Assembly: GCA_002104945.1 (NCBI GenBank)
Contig: MCFH01000008.1
Coordinates: 186,001 to 250,000, forward strand
DNA from: Piromyces finnis finn
Taxonomy: Eukaryota > Fungi > Neocallimastigomycota
Direction: 5' to 3'
DNA: 64,000 nucleotides
Shown: positions 19,009 to 32,988 of the stretch, piece by piece
How positions within the stretch are numbered: position 1 is the first letter of the stretch
Layout: each line of letters opens with the position of its first letter
The notes under the pieces: generated by a model
The model's database searches: none
Told to the model about the DNA's origin: nothing
Seen by the model: only the letters and a program-made list of their open reading frames with translations
Translations under genes and position numbers: made by a program

Positions 19009-20840
19009 TTATAAAATATTGCTTTTTTCATTAGTATTACTTTGATTTTCATTAACAATTTTAACTGGTTCATTAGAATCTAAAAGGGTTAATGGATTTG
19101 GTTTATCAGTATTTGTTGGGCTAAATAATGTCATTCTTCCTGCTGCTTTTATAGCTTCAACTGTTGCTTTAAATTTTTGTTTAGCAGTAAAGTTTTTCTT
19201 AATATTGTCTGCGACAAATATTTTCTTATTAAAGTCATCATTAATTTCTACAGAAATCCATGGATGATTTAAAGCTTCTTTTACAGTCATTCTTTTGTAT
19301 GGATCAATGGTTAATAATCGATCAATAAAGTTTTTAGCATAATCCGAAATATTATCCCATTCTGGTGAGAAATAAGCATATTTAGCATTTATAGCTGATT
19401 CATATAATTCATAATCTGATTCACCTCCAAATGGTGGATAACCCGATAAGCTATTAGTTATATATAATTATTAATTTAACTGTCTTATATTTAGATTTTT
19501 AAAAAATATTTAAAAAATTGATATAATATTTACAGAATATAACCTTTAACAAATATATAAGAAATATAATTATTAATTTTATTGATATAAAAGTATTGAT
19601 ATAAATATAATATCATTTTACTAAATTATATTTACAGATAACACCAGTAGCCCATAAATCAACTGGTTTTCCATAATTTTCATTTTTTAATATTTCAGGA
19701 GCCTATTTTTTTTTTTTTTAACAATAATTCAAAAATATAAAATCAATATTATTTCATTAATATAACTATATATCACAAATATATTTTTTAGTATTGATTT
19801 AGAAAATACGATATTACAGCGTATGATAATGTTCCGCATGATGTTTGTAATAACATATTTTTATCGAAATTAGCTAAACCAAAATCAGCTACTTTTATTC
19901 TTATATCTGATTTATGGTCTACCAAAAGCAAATTTTCTGGTTTTAAATCCTTAACAAATATTTATAATAGTTTAAAAATTTTATAAATATTTTATTGTAT
20001 TACTGAAATATTCTTTTTTTTTAAGAATATATATATATATATTGAATGTCTTTACTCTATGAATTATATTAAGAGAATGTAAATAATCAATAGCATCTAA
20101 TAATTCATGAATTGTTTTTCTAGCCATATTTTCTGAATAATAACCCAATTCTATAATTCTTTCAAATAATTCTCCTCCTTCAGCACTATAGTCAAATGTT
20201 ACCATTATAAATAAAAAAAATATTTTTAATAAAAAAAAATAAATAATATATTTAAAATCTATTTAAATTAAAATTTTGGATAGGTACTATTCTGTTTGTA
20301 TTACTATATTCTTGCTAGTTTCAAACACATCATATAATTTAATAATATTTTTATGATCTAATTTATGTAAGATTGATATTTCTCGTAATATAAGTTTTTC
20401 ACGACCTTTTATAAAAATATATAAAACATTTTTTTTTATTTTATATTAATATATTGATATGGATATCGTTTATTTTATATGAAAATAGTATCAGTATTTA
20501 TAATAAATATATATATATAAAAAAAAGAAAGTTTATGAAATAATTGATTATATAAAACCTTTTTTTTTTCATTAGCTTTATATATAATAACCTTTTATAA
20601 TTTTTTTATCAATAATCTTCATAGCATATTTTGTATCTGAAGGATCATTCTTTTTTTGAGCAAGCTTCACAACAGCAAATGAACCACTTTATAATTAATA
20701 ATTTTATATTAATAATATTATTAGTATTAGCTTTTTTAATAAAATAATTTATTAAAAATATACCTTCCGAGAACTTTTCCATATGTAAAAGTTTCATCAA
20801 AATTAATAAGTTCTTTACTAAATAAACTTTTTGCATTCAT
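19009..20840 (-). CDS. Ca2+/calmodulin-dependent protein kinase (CaMK1/Cmk1 type), multi-exon
   Basis: ATG 20840. Motifs GKVLG-GSFAVV, YAMK, AEGGELFERIIELGYYSE, HRDLKPENLL, VADFGLA, CGTLSYAAPE, PVDLWATGV, GYPPF, RMTVKEALNHPWI and a CaM-binding tail KKNFTAKQKFKATVEAIKAAGRM. Confidence 0.92.
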
Positions 20841-22649
20841 TTTCAATATTTAAACTATTTTTAACATTAATAAAAAATATATATATATATTTCATTAATT
20901 ATTTAAATATAGATAAACCTTGGAAAATTTATTATATAAAAAAAAAAAAAAATTAAAATATATTTACATATAGTAACTATAAAATACTTTTCTTTTTTAT
21001 AAATAGTATAATATTTAATGGTTAATGCTTATTTAGTTATATTTAATGAAAAAAGAAAAAAATAAAAATGTATTATGAAGAAATATAAAGATTTTCGATT
21101 GACAAAATTTTTATAGCATTTAGATTAGAGTTTAAAAAATAATTTACTTTATATGAAATTCAAAACTTTAAAAATTAATAGTTTTGAATTTTTTAGAGAA
21201 TTAGGTATAGCTAGTATCTAGAATATCTAGAATATCAATAGTCTATCAGCTAATATAGCATTAGAACTATATCTACAATGTTTATTATGAATATTTATTC
21301 TTCAATAATTTTCTTTATTGAAGAATCATTTACACACATACACACACAAAAAAAATATATATTATTTGTTTTTTTAATTAAATTATTTTTATTTTTTTTT
21401 TTTATTAAATTTTTAAAAGATATAATATTAAATAATGATAATTTATATATTAATAAAAAGTAATGTTCAAAATAAGAATTAAAAAAAAATAATAATAATA
21501 ATAATAAAAAGTTTTAACTATAAAAATAATTTTATATTTTAAAATTACTATTAAAAAATTGTTACTTATTATTAATCATTTTGTCAGATTCGTTTTTTAA
21601 CTTTGTTTTCCCGTTTTTTTTGCCTTTTTGTTTTTTTAAATTTAATTATTTATATTTTAATTAAAAATAAAAAAAAAAAAAAATGAATCAATAAAAAAAA
21701 TAATATTTTTATTGATTCATCTTTCTATTTAATTGTATTTTTGTTTTTTGTTTTTTGTTTTTATTTTTATATTATTATTATTGTTGTTGTTGTTGTTGTT
21801 ATTAAATTTTATTTTTATTTCATTTTATTTTTAATAAAAATTATTAATAGGTATATATAGTATTTATTAATAATTCAATGAAATACTTTCAAATGTTCTT
21901 TCGTAGTTGATTATTTGTTTGATTAATTATCACTTTTGCTATATATTTTTTTTTATCTCATTATAAAAATAATAATGTAATGTAATAAATTAAAATAGAT
22001 ACTAAAGTGTTATTATTAAAATATATCTAAAAGTAAATCTATGCAAAAGTGCGTTTAATATCCATTTAATTTTTATATTATTACTATTATTATATTATTA
22101 AATTTTAATTTTCAATTTCTGTTTTGTTCTTTTTTTTTGTTTGTTTGTTTGTTTGTTTGTTTGTTTTCTTGTTTTTTTTTTTTTTTCTATTGTTTTTTGT
22201 TTTTGTTTTTTATTTTTGTTTTTTGTTTTGTTTTGTTTTAATTTGTTTTTTTAATATAATATAGAAATAATATAATATAATACTTGAATTAAATTGATTG
22301 ATGATTAGTTAATATATATATATATATATTTATTTATTTCCTAATTAACGTCATCATAAATTATATATAAAATTATATACAATATTATATTATATTTTCT
22401 ATTCATTATTATTTTCATATATTCGATTGTTTTATTTAATAGGTTTGGATGGTTGAATGTATATTTTTTAATGCTGATTCAAGATGTTATTGATTGGTAT
22501 TGTGTATATCGATTAATAAGTCAGTATTTTGTAATAAATTAAAAAATTATTTTTTACCTAAAAGATAAAATAATAAAAAAGAATAGATTGGTAATATTGA
22601 AAAAGAAAAAGAAAAAAAAAAATGATAGTGTCCACTAAATTGAATTCGA

Positions 22650-25600
22650 TTATTCTTCCTTAAATAAATTTTCTTCATGATAATCTACTTCATTTTCATC
22701 TGTAATATCACTAGAAATTGAATCCTCTGAATCACTGCTTTTTTCCTTTGCTTCTTTAGCCATTTTTGAGAAACTTAATTTATTAAATTCTTTTAAAACA
22801 TTCATAGCTTTCATACGAATTTGAATTTTTCTCCATCTGAAAAATGATAATACAGCAACATCTAATTTTGGTGAACAATTATTAACATTAATGTTCTTCA
22901 AATGTCTTAATTGCTTGAACCCATCAGGTAATGATTCTAATTGAATATTGCTTTCCAAGTTCAACTCAGAAAGGTGTTCTAAATCACAAATTTCTGCTGG
23001 AAGATCAACCAATTGATTATGGTCTAACCAAAGTCTTTCTAATTTCACTAATTTCTTAATATTACATGGTATAGCATTAATCTTATTACCACCAATAAAT
23101 AAGTGAGCTAAGTTTTCCAAGTTGAAGATACATTCTGGGAAAACTTCAAAGTTATTCCTGGATATATCTAACAATTTTAAGAGACGAAGTTCCTCTATTT
23201 CTGATGGAAGAGACTTTAAGTTATTATTAGAAAGATATAATCGTTTAAGTTTTTGGAGAAGCTTAATTTCAGATGGGATTTCTTCTAATAAGTTATTATT
23301 TAAAGCTAATTCCTTTAATTTATCCAAATTCTCTAATCCACTAGTAACCGGAACAACCTTAAGGTTGTTACCGGAAAGATCAAGATGAGTTAATGATTTA
23401 ATATGAATAATTTCATCAATACTATCACCAAATTGATTGTTATTCACATGTAAAATATGAAGGTTCTCAAGTTTACTAATTTCTTTTGGTAAAGATTGAA
23501 CAGAATTGAAACCAATATCTAATTCATTTAATTCACTAAAGTTTTGAATACTTTCACTTATCTCTTTAATTTTATTATTATTAGCAATAATTTTTTCAAT
23601 TTTTCTTAATCGATAGAAAGAATCAGGTATGCTTTCAATTTCATTATTATTAAATACGAAATTCTTTAAGTTCACAAGGTTTCCAATTTCTTCTGGTAAT
23701 TCTTTAATCTTGTTATTTTCAATGTGTAAAGTTTCAAGATTTTCTAATCTACCAATTTCTTTTGGGATTTCTTCCAATAAATTATCATTGATATACAAAT
23801 TAGACAAGTTGATCAATCTACCAACAGTTATTGGAATATAAGTAAATTCATTATTACACATACGTAAATCTTCTAATTTTGTCAAATGCCCAATACCATT
23901 TGGAATAGACTTAATTTTGGAATTAGAAATATCCATAACCTTGAGATCCAACATTTCAGTAGTAGTCTTATGAAGGTAAGATCTGAAAATTCTTAAATCA
24001 ATAATAGTATCAATAAATGAATCATCTTGTAAGCGATCTAAAGAATCAATTTGTCTATCCTTTTCTTTTAATAATCTTTCCAATTTTTGAATCTTTAGTT
24101 CAAGCTTTGAAAGTTGCATATTCTTAGAAAGAATTTGCTCAGATTGACTTTGGATATTTTGTTCATAATTATCTACATTAATTTGAATCTCATTTAATAA
24201 ATTACGATACTGAGTAGATTCATTACTAACTAGTTTTGTTACTGTTTCCTTTATTTCTTTTTGAGTGCTTTGACGAAGAGCTTGATTTTGCTCCTTCATC
24301 TCCTTTTTGTAACCAAGTAAAATATCTTTAGTTTGAACACTGGTTGTATTAAGATCCTTGGTAATTTTAGACTTAAATTCACTTAATTTATTGACTTGCT
24401 CTAAAAGTTTATTTTGTAAGTCTTGAGTATTGATGATAATCTTCTTTGAGTTTTGATCGATACCTTTTTGTAATTCAATCTTTATTGCCTGTTGAGAAAG
24501 AGAAAGATTGTTGATTTGACTATCAGTATTATCGATAAGTTCTTTAATAGTATCATCAATTTCAACCTTATATTTAGATACATCGCTTTCTATATGATTC
24601 TTCAATTCTTGATAGTCATCTACTAATTGTTTAATTTTATTTACTATTTCTTCGTACTGGTTGTCCTTATCTTCTAACGATCTTGTAATACTGGATTCTC
24701 TTTCATTCATTTGGCTAATACTTTCCTCTAATTTATTTTGACTACATTCAATTTCTTCTTGTTTTGACTTGATACTTACTTCGAACATACTCTGCTTTTC
24801 CTTATATTCATTAATAATTTGATTTTTAAATTCACTAAACTCTTCATTCATTTTAATAAATCTGTTATTAACATTGTCTTCCATAGAAACATCTCTTGTT
24901 TCAATCTCTCGGGTTATTCCTAAATTTATAGTTACTAATTCTTTTTGAAGATCCGCTAATTTTTCATTAATGTTATTTTCTAAAGAGGCTGTTTTATTAT
25001 CGACATCAAAAGTAACACTTGATTCAAGAGATTTTATATCTTCTTGAAGTTTCATCAATTTGCTATTGGCATCATTTTCCTTGTTTCTAAATTCTGAATT
25101 AATATCTGATTTCAAAGAATTGATCTCTTCTTGAATCTTTAATAATTCATTATTAACATTATTTTCTAAAGATGCGCTTCTATTCTGAGTTTCTGCAGTA
25201 AGATTAATATTAGCAATATCCATATCTTTTTGAAGTGCAGATAATTTTTCACTAATATCATTTTCTAAAGTATTATTTCTTTCCTCAATTTCTAATTTAA
25301 CTTCACTCATTACTTTTTGTAATTGTGAAAAGTTTTCTTCTACATTACTTTCCAATGATATAGTTTTATTTTTAATATCATTTTCCACATCAGACTTCAT
25401 AGATTTCATTTCTTCTTGAAGCTTAAATAATTTATCATTAACATTATTTTCCAACGAAACATTTCTAGTTTCAACTTCTGATGCCAATCTTGAATTTATT
25501 ATGTTCATTTCTTCTTGAAGTTTATCTAATTTAGTATCAAAATTATTTTCGAAATCAACGTTTTTATTATCAACCTCAGCAAATATATCTAACCTGGCAT

Positions 25601-28600
25601 TATTTAATTCTTGTTGAAGCTTCAAAATACTACTATTAATATTATTTTCCAATATAATGTTTTTATTTTGAATATCTGATGTCAAATTAGACTTAATAGC
25701 ATCCATTTTTTCTTGAAGTTCATTTAATTTATTATCTACATTATTTTCTAAAACAGTACTTCTACCTGAAACTTCTGAAGTTATATCAGCTTTAACATTA
25801 ACGATTTCATTTTGAAGTTGTGATAACTTTTCATTAACATTGTTTTCTAATGAAATACTTCTAGTTTGAACATCTGAACTTAATCCTGACTTAATTGAAT
25901 TCATTTCTTCTTGAATTGAAACTAATTTACTATTAATACAATTTTCTAATGAAACATTTTTATTTTGAGCATCTAATACTAAATCAGACTCAACTGTCCT
26001 CATTTCATCATGAAGTTTAGCTAAACTATTATTAACACTATCTTCCAAAGTTATATATCTAGTTTCAACTTCTGAAGTTAAATCTAATTTTACAGAGTTT
26101 ATTTCGCCTTGAAGTTTAGTTAAGTTATTGTTAACACTATCTTCTAAAGAAGTATTTCTAGTCTCAACTTCTGATAACAAGCCTGATTTTACAGAGTTTA
26201 TTTCGTCTTGAAGTTTAGTTAAGTTATTGTTAATATTATTTTCTAAAGTAACGCACTTTGTTTCAACTTCAGAGGATAAACTTGATTTAATACTATTCAT
26301 TTCTTCTTGTTGCTTAACTATCTTATTCAAAATTTTATTTTTAAAATTATCTAAAACCGATTTATTAACGAAATCATCACTATTAATTTTATCATGAAGA
26401 GTGCTAACTTTACTTTCTATGGAAACACTTTTATCATTAACTTCTGAGGTGATACCATTCTTAAAAGTATTTATTTCCTTTTGAATTTGATCTAATCTTT
26501 CATTAACATTGACTTCAATAGTTTTTTTATTATTTTCTAATTTAGTTTTAAGATTAGCATTGTTTTCGTTTAACTTATTCATTAAATTATTAATGGAAGC
26601 ATTTTGTTCTGTTAATTTTTGATTAAATATATCTCTTATTTCTTTTTGCTCTCTAACAAGTTCATTTTTATCATTTCTAAAGTCACCCTTTAATTCAACA
26701 AGTTCAGTCTTGAATCTATCCTTTATTTTATTACACTGACCGTTGAATTTTTCCTGTAATAATTCTTGTTGCATTTCTTGCATCATATTTAATTTTTCCA
26801 ATTTTCCATTTTGAATATTTAATTTATCATTAAACATTTCCTTAATTTCATCTTGCTTCTTTGAAAGATCCTTTTTATCATTTTCGCATCTTTCTTTTAA
26901 CTCCATTATATTAATATTAATATTATCATACCATGTTTTTTGACTATGATTAAGTTCTTTTTGGAAGGTGTTTCTTTTATCATCCTGTTTAAGTAAAGCT
27001 TCATCAACCTTGGCTTGGTAAGCATTTATTTTTTCATCCATAATATTCTTCATATCATTTTGATCTTCATATATTATCTTTTTATCATTTTCATAGGTCG
27101 CTTTGAACTTTTGGAATTCTTCACTTAAATTATTTTGGAGTTTCTTTGTCTCATTAAAGAATTTTTCTTCTAATAATTTATTATTTTCAATTTGATTTAA
27201 TATACTTTCTTCCAAAACGCTACAAGACTTTGTTTGACTTTCTTTAAAGGTATTCAATTGTTCATTGTGAGTATTACTTTCATCTTGAATAAGTTTTTTA
27301 ACCTCTTTTTGACTCTTTATCCAGTCATTTCTATCTTTCTTCTGAATAACTTCAATATCTTCAATTTGAGTTTGTAGAGTTTTACGACTATCTATTTGAT
27401 CATTAACTATGTTAGTCATTTTTTCTTCAAAACTACTTTTTTGAGAGTTTAGTTGATCCTTAAATGCAATTTCCAATTGAGCTTTTTGTTCTTGAAGTTT
27501 CTCGTTAAATGAATTTAACAAGTAATTTTCTTGGTTTTGAAGTTTTTCATTGAATATTTTTAATAACTGGCCTTCTTGATTCTGAAGCTTTTCAATAACG
27601 TTTTCTTGTAAAGAAAGATACTCATTCTTAAGAGCTTTAACTTCATCTTCGAAAAGTTTACTTTGTTCATTAAATCTTTGTTCAACATTGATTTTAAACT
27701 CTTCATGTTGTTGATTAATTTGTTCAATTTCGGCTTCATGATCTTTACGTTGAATATCAAGTTTCTCTTTAAGATTTTCATTTATATCACAAAGTTTACC
27801 AACAACTTCATCAATTCTTTCCTTAATAATATCTTGCAAAAGTTTCTCCTTTGTATCTACTTCTTTTTTTATTATATCAATATCATTTTTGTAACCACTC
27901 TCTAATGCATCATTAGTTTTTTTATATTCATCTTTAAATTGAACATCTCTATTCTGAATATCTTTTTCTAAATTCTCAAATTTAGATAACATTGTTTCTT
28001 CATGTTTAGTGATATTACTATTTATGATGGAATTTGCTCTCTGAATTTGTTCTGGAATAGATTTCTCAACTTCAGTATACTTTTCTTTAACCTGGTTGCA
28101 TTCTTTTTCACAAAGAATCATACGACATTCAATCCATTGTCTGAATATTCTTTTCCATATCTTGTAATATAATACTTCAGCCTGATTCAACAATTCAGTA
28201 ATTTTGCCACATTGGTTGTCAATATCTTTAGATACTTGTAAACCATGTTTTTTCATTTGATTTAATTGATCTACTAAATTTAAATCATTAATTCTATTTG
28301 CACTTTCCCTAATTTGTTGAGCTCTTGTTTGACAAATACGAACATTAGCTATTTTTTGATAAATATTTTCCATTAATTCTAAAACAGTATATTTAATAGT
28401 TGATTCGGAGGGACTTAATGATATATTATACTTTTTAATTTTTTGTTCTGTATCTAGCATAAATTGATCAAGATTCTCATATTGAGCTGTCAACTGAGAT
28501 ATTGTATTATTAATTTTTTCATCCTCACTAGAATCAAGTGAAAATCCTTTATAATCACGTGTATTTGAAGTAGAAAATACTTTTGATATAGGTTTCTTCA

Positions 28601-29804
28601 TCTTTTTTAACTTATGATTAAATGAACTTGTTGAATGTCTTAAACGTATAGACATACTACTTTTAGGGTTATTATCCTTATGATCTTTAAGGTAATCCAA
28701 ATCTATGTTTGAATATGATGGTGATGTCATATAAAAACTTTGACTGCAAGGTTCATTATCTAAGATGTCTGACTGGTCATAATGACCCTCAGCAACACTT
28801 GTCGTATCTTGTGGTTCTGCAGTATATAAAATTGAAGGTTGTGGTTGAAAAGAAAGAATGTTACTAGTGCTTTCATTTAAAACTAAAGATTGACTAATTT
28901 TACTTCTTCTATCCATATAATTATTATAATACGAAGGTTCTACATAGGATCGACGATAATATATTAAATCTTTTCTTGGAAGTGGTGGGGGACGATGGAT
29001 GATTCTTGAATCACTTATATTTTGAGTTAAATAAAATTTATTAATTTTAGATGTTTCTTTTGATTGATCTACTATTTCTGGATTTGATTGTTGTGGTAAA
29101 TCTTCTAAGTTTTGACCTACAGTTAGTAATTCTTGGTTTTCATTTTCAGGAACTAATAATTTTTCTTTATTGTTATTTTCATTTTCAGTTATGTCATCCT
29201 CTGTTGATGGTGAAATTATAATTTTTTCAACTGAATTTACAGGTGTTTCAATTGTAATTATGTCAGTCTTTGGTGCTGGTTTTTCTAATAATTTTTCCTT
29301 GTTGTTGTTTTCATTTTTAGTTATATCATCTACTGTTGATGGTGAGAGGATATTCTTTTCAAGAGAATCTACAGGAGTTTCATTTGTAATTATATCAGTC
29401 ATTGGCATTGGTTTTTCTATATTTAATTCATTTAATTCATTATTACATAAATTAATAGATTCTTTTGAATCACTTTTTTCTCCTTCTTTTTCTATCTCAA
29501 ATTCTATTTCTGAAGATTTTAATACTTCTGTATGTAATTCACCTAATTTTTCATCTTCCTTACTTAATGTAGGTTGATTTTCTTCAGTTTCAATTTCTAA
29601 TATTCAAAACGAAAAAAATAGTAATAATTATAAATTTTGTGTAACATTAATATTTTTAAAATTTTTTTTTTAATTTAATTAATATTTACCTTTAATGGGT
29701 GATGGAGGTGGTGATAATATATTATTTAAAGTAGGATCAGAAGAATTCAAAATCACTTTATTATTTTCTTCACATTCACTCTTATTATCTTTTACACTTA
29801 ACAT
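22650..29804 (-). CDS. Giant (~2353 aa) protein: low-complexity N-terminus, long coiled coil with 33-aa repeats, ~15-16 C-terminal LRRs; function unknown
   Basis: The 2252-codon ORF extends upstream in frame to a splice acceptor (exon 29596-22650) plus a 115-nt first exon (29804-29690, MLSVKDNKSE...); the 7062-nt total keeps the frame. LRR consensus LxxLxLxxNxLxxLPxEIxxL repeats at about 23945-22890. Confidence 0.85.
24840..26350 (-). repeat. About 15 coding tandem repeats of 33 aa (99 bp), consensus LENNVNxKLxKLQEEMNxxKSDLxSEVExRNxS
   Basis: Manual alignment of the translated ORF. Near-identical 99-bp DNA units are visible at about 26020-26320. Confidence 0.85.
29154..29417 (-). repeat. Two tandem 44-aa (132 bp) coding repeats
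   Basis: EKPMPMTDIITNETPVDSLEKNILSPSTVDDITKNENNNKEKLL followed by EKPAPKTDIITIETPVNSVEKIIISPSTEDDITENENNNKEKLL. Confidence 0.9.
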
Positions 29805-32800
29805 CTTTTTTGATATAAATACTATTTAAAACAGCAATTAATAAAATGTTTAATAAGTAAAGAAATATAATATTATTGTTTTTTATTAGATTTTAATGTG
29901 AAATATTAAACGATAACTAAAAGAATTTAAATAACTATTAAAATATTAAAATATTATTAATTTTTTAGTCAAGTTCAAAATATCCAAAAATTGCTTTTAC
30001 GTATTGTTATAAATAAACTTTTAAGGTATAGTTATGTAGGAATGTTATTTAAATTTAAATATTAAAATTAAAATGAATTATCTTTATGAATGCTAAATAA
30101 ATTTTATGCCTATATATAAAATATATAAATATATAAATACTGTTGTAAATGTTATAATTTAGTATTTTTATTTTTATATAATAATTAATAATAACTATAT
30201 AAATTTTAAATTTCAATATTATAATAATTACAAAAAAATAATATATACTTGTCTTAAATATTAAAAATAATACAAGTTTATTTATAATTAAACCTATATT
30301 GTTTTTTTTACTCGAAATTTTCTATATTATATCAAGAAAATGGCTATTATTTATTGTTATAATAGAGATTATGATTCATTAATATTATATTGTTGTCGTC
30401 GTTATTGTTACTATTATTATCTTGACATTTTGTGTAAATCTTATTATTTAAAGAAATATAATTAATTTCTTTACTTTAAAAAATTTAAAATTTCTAATTA
30501 ATAAACAAGAATAAAATTGAAATTTTTGGTTTCCTTCCTTTATAAACTATTTTTCTATATATTTTTAATGTACTGAGATTATACTGAAATATAATTAAAT
30601 AAAAATATGATAAAATATTATTTATAAATGTTATATTTCCTGAATATTAATTTAAAATTTCAATTTTAATCCTCTTTATTATTTATTTCTTTTCATTTAA
30701 GTTTTTGGTTAAAAAAAAATTTTATTTCAGTTTTTATACCATTTTAAGCCAATATTCTATAAAAGAATTTTAATATAATGTCATATATTAAATTATATTT
30801 ACTACAGTATATTATATTAAATTAACAAAAAATATAATATTAAATGAAGATAAACCAATTTTATTATCAATGAAGATACTTTTTATTTTTTTAGATAAAA
30901 AAATAATTTTAAGAACGTTATTGCCTTTTTCTCTTTTTTTAAATTTTAATTAAAACAATCTTAAACTAATTTGTTAATAGCGTTAATTAAATATCTTTTT
31001 ATTATTATTATTATTAACAATCTTTTAATTAATTACTATTGATAATTTATAAATTTAACAATATTAAAATCCTAAAATTTATTTAATTGATTTGATTATA
31101 ATTAAAAGAAGAAAAAAAAAAAGAATATCTATTTAATAATTATAAAATAACAAGAAAAAAAACGTTAAAACTTTTAATTACAAAAGTCTCTTTTTCAGCT
31201 TTTTATAATAATTCAAAAAAAATTGAAAGGTAAATTTTACCAGACCTTCCTTAAATTGATGGGAATTTCTTTGGTATTCATTTCTTATGAATTAATAATC
31301 CAAATATAGAAAATAAAATATTAATTAATTTAATTAAAAAATTTTTAACAATAAATGTAATTGACTAAATAATATATTATTTATATATATTATTAATTAA
31401 AATAAATGTATTATACATAATTAAAATAATTTAAAAAAAAAAAAAAACTAAAAGAACCCTTTTTAGAAATAAAAAAAAAAGTGAATGAATATCTTTAAAT
31501 TCGTACTATTAGAGCCATATTATTAAATAATAAATATGTAATAGATAGATTTAAATATAAATATTATTAATAAAATAAATAAAAAATTTTATATATATAC
31601 ACATTATTATAAATTGGAAAGTTTAACTTAGTTTTTCATAAAAAAAACAAATTTTTTTTTTTTTGTATGAGTAAACTTTTAAACGCTGTCAATGCCAAAG
31701 TTTATTTATATTATTTTTCATTTATACCGATATCAAATTTTGAATTAAAAAAAAATATTTATTATGCATAATGCATAAGTAGTTATCCAATAAATAATAA
31801 ATATCAATAGAAATTTCATTTTATTGGGAATGATATAATTTATTGGGATATATGAATAAACTTATTTTTTTTTAAAGTTTTTATTAAATGTTAAATACTA
31901 TCATCAATTGGCATAACATGTAATTGCTAGTTTTAATTATATATTTTCAAATATTAAAGACAAAAATATTTATATTATATTATTATATTATATTAATAAT
32001 AATAATAATAATAATAATAGCATTGATGTTTTTAAATATTAAAAACTTATATTTAATATATTTCTATCAATATTAAAAATTAAAAAAAAAAAAAACTATA
32101 CGGGATATAAAAATTAAAATTTATTAATATCTCTATTTCATAAATTTATATTTATTCACTTATTATAGATACAATAAATATCAATATCAATATAATTTCA
32201 ATTATCAAATTTATTAATGCTGTTAAAATTTATATTCAATTCAAATTTAATAAACTGAATTGAATAATTATCTTTTTTTTACTATTATAATTTTTACAAT
32301 AAAAGGATTAAATATGAATAAAATTGTAAAAATAATTTATAGAAACTCTTATTAATATTTTTTTTTAATGATTGAACAATTATCATCATCAAGTATAATA
32401 AAAATATTTTATTTTAATTAATGCATTATTAAAACTTTTTCTAACAAATAACAAATAAAATTACATGTTATTATTATATATATGTATATGAACGATCTAT
32501 CAATAGGTCAATATATTTTCTTTAATCTCTTTGATGCTATACACTAGTCTTATAATATTAGTGAAAAAATAAAAATATTAGTAATTATTACATTATTATT
32601 AGATTAGATATTCTATAATTACTTTTAATTATTATTATTAAATATTATGCTTAAATTTGTGGTATACTATTCAACAACAGTAAAAAATGTAAAAAAAAAA
32701 TTATTCTATATAAAATATATATATTATCTATGTTATAAAATGTATTTTCATATAATTATAGTAGTATGATAATAATAATGAAAACTGAATTAGAGCTGAA

Positions 32801-32958
32801 TATTTTTATACAAAATTAGTATTAGCATTATTTTTATATAAAAGTCATAACATAACAAAAAAAAGACATTAAAGTTAGGTGTATTATACATAAATCATAT
32901 TTAAATGTCAATCTAACCCATGAAGATATTGTTAACAACAAAGCATCGAAATTCTTGT

Positions 32959-32988
32959 CCAATCACAAATAAAATAAAAAATCACGTG
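32959..32988. promoter_or_regulatory. Candidate CCAAT box plus ATCACGTG E-box about 1.2 kb upstream of HIS4
   Basis: GTCCAATCAC...ATCACGTG within a locally GC-richer patch. Function is untested. Confidence 0.25.

Noticed and set aside
23122-29577. Several plus-strand ORFs over the giant LRR gene, and similar shadows over PEX3, HIS4, the formin and RBMS
   Set aside because: They are antisense or alternative-frame shadows with no recognisable motifs.
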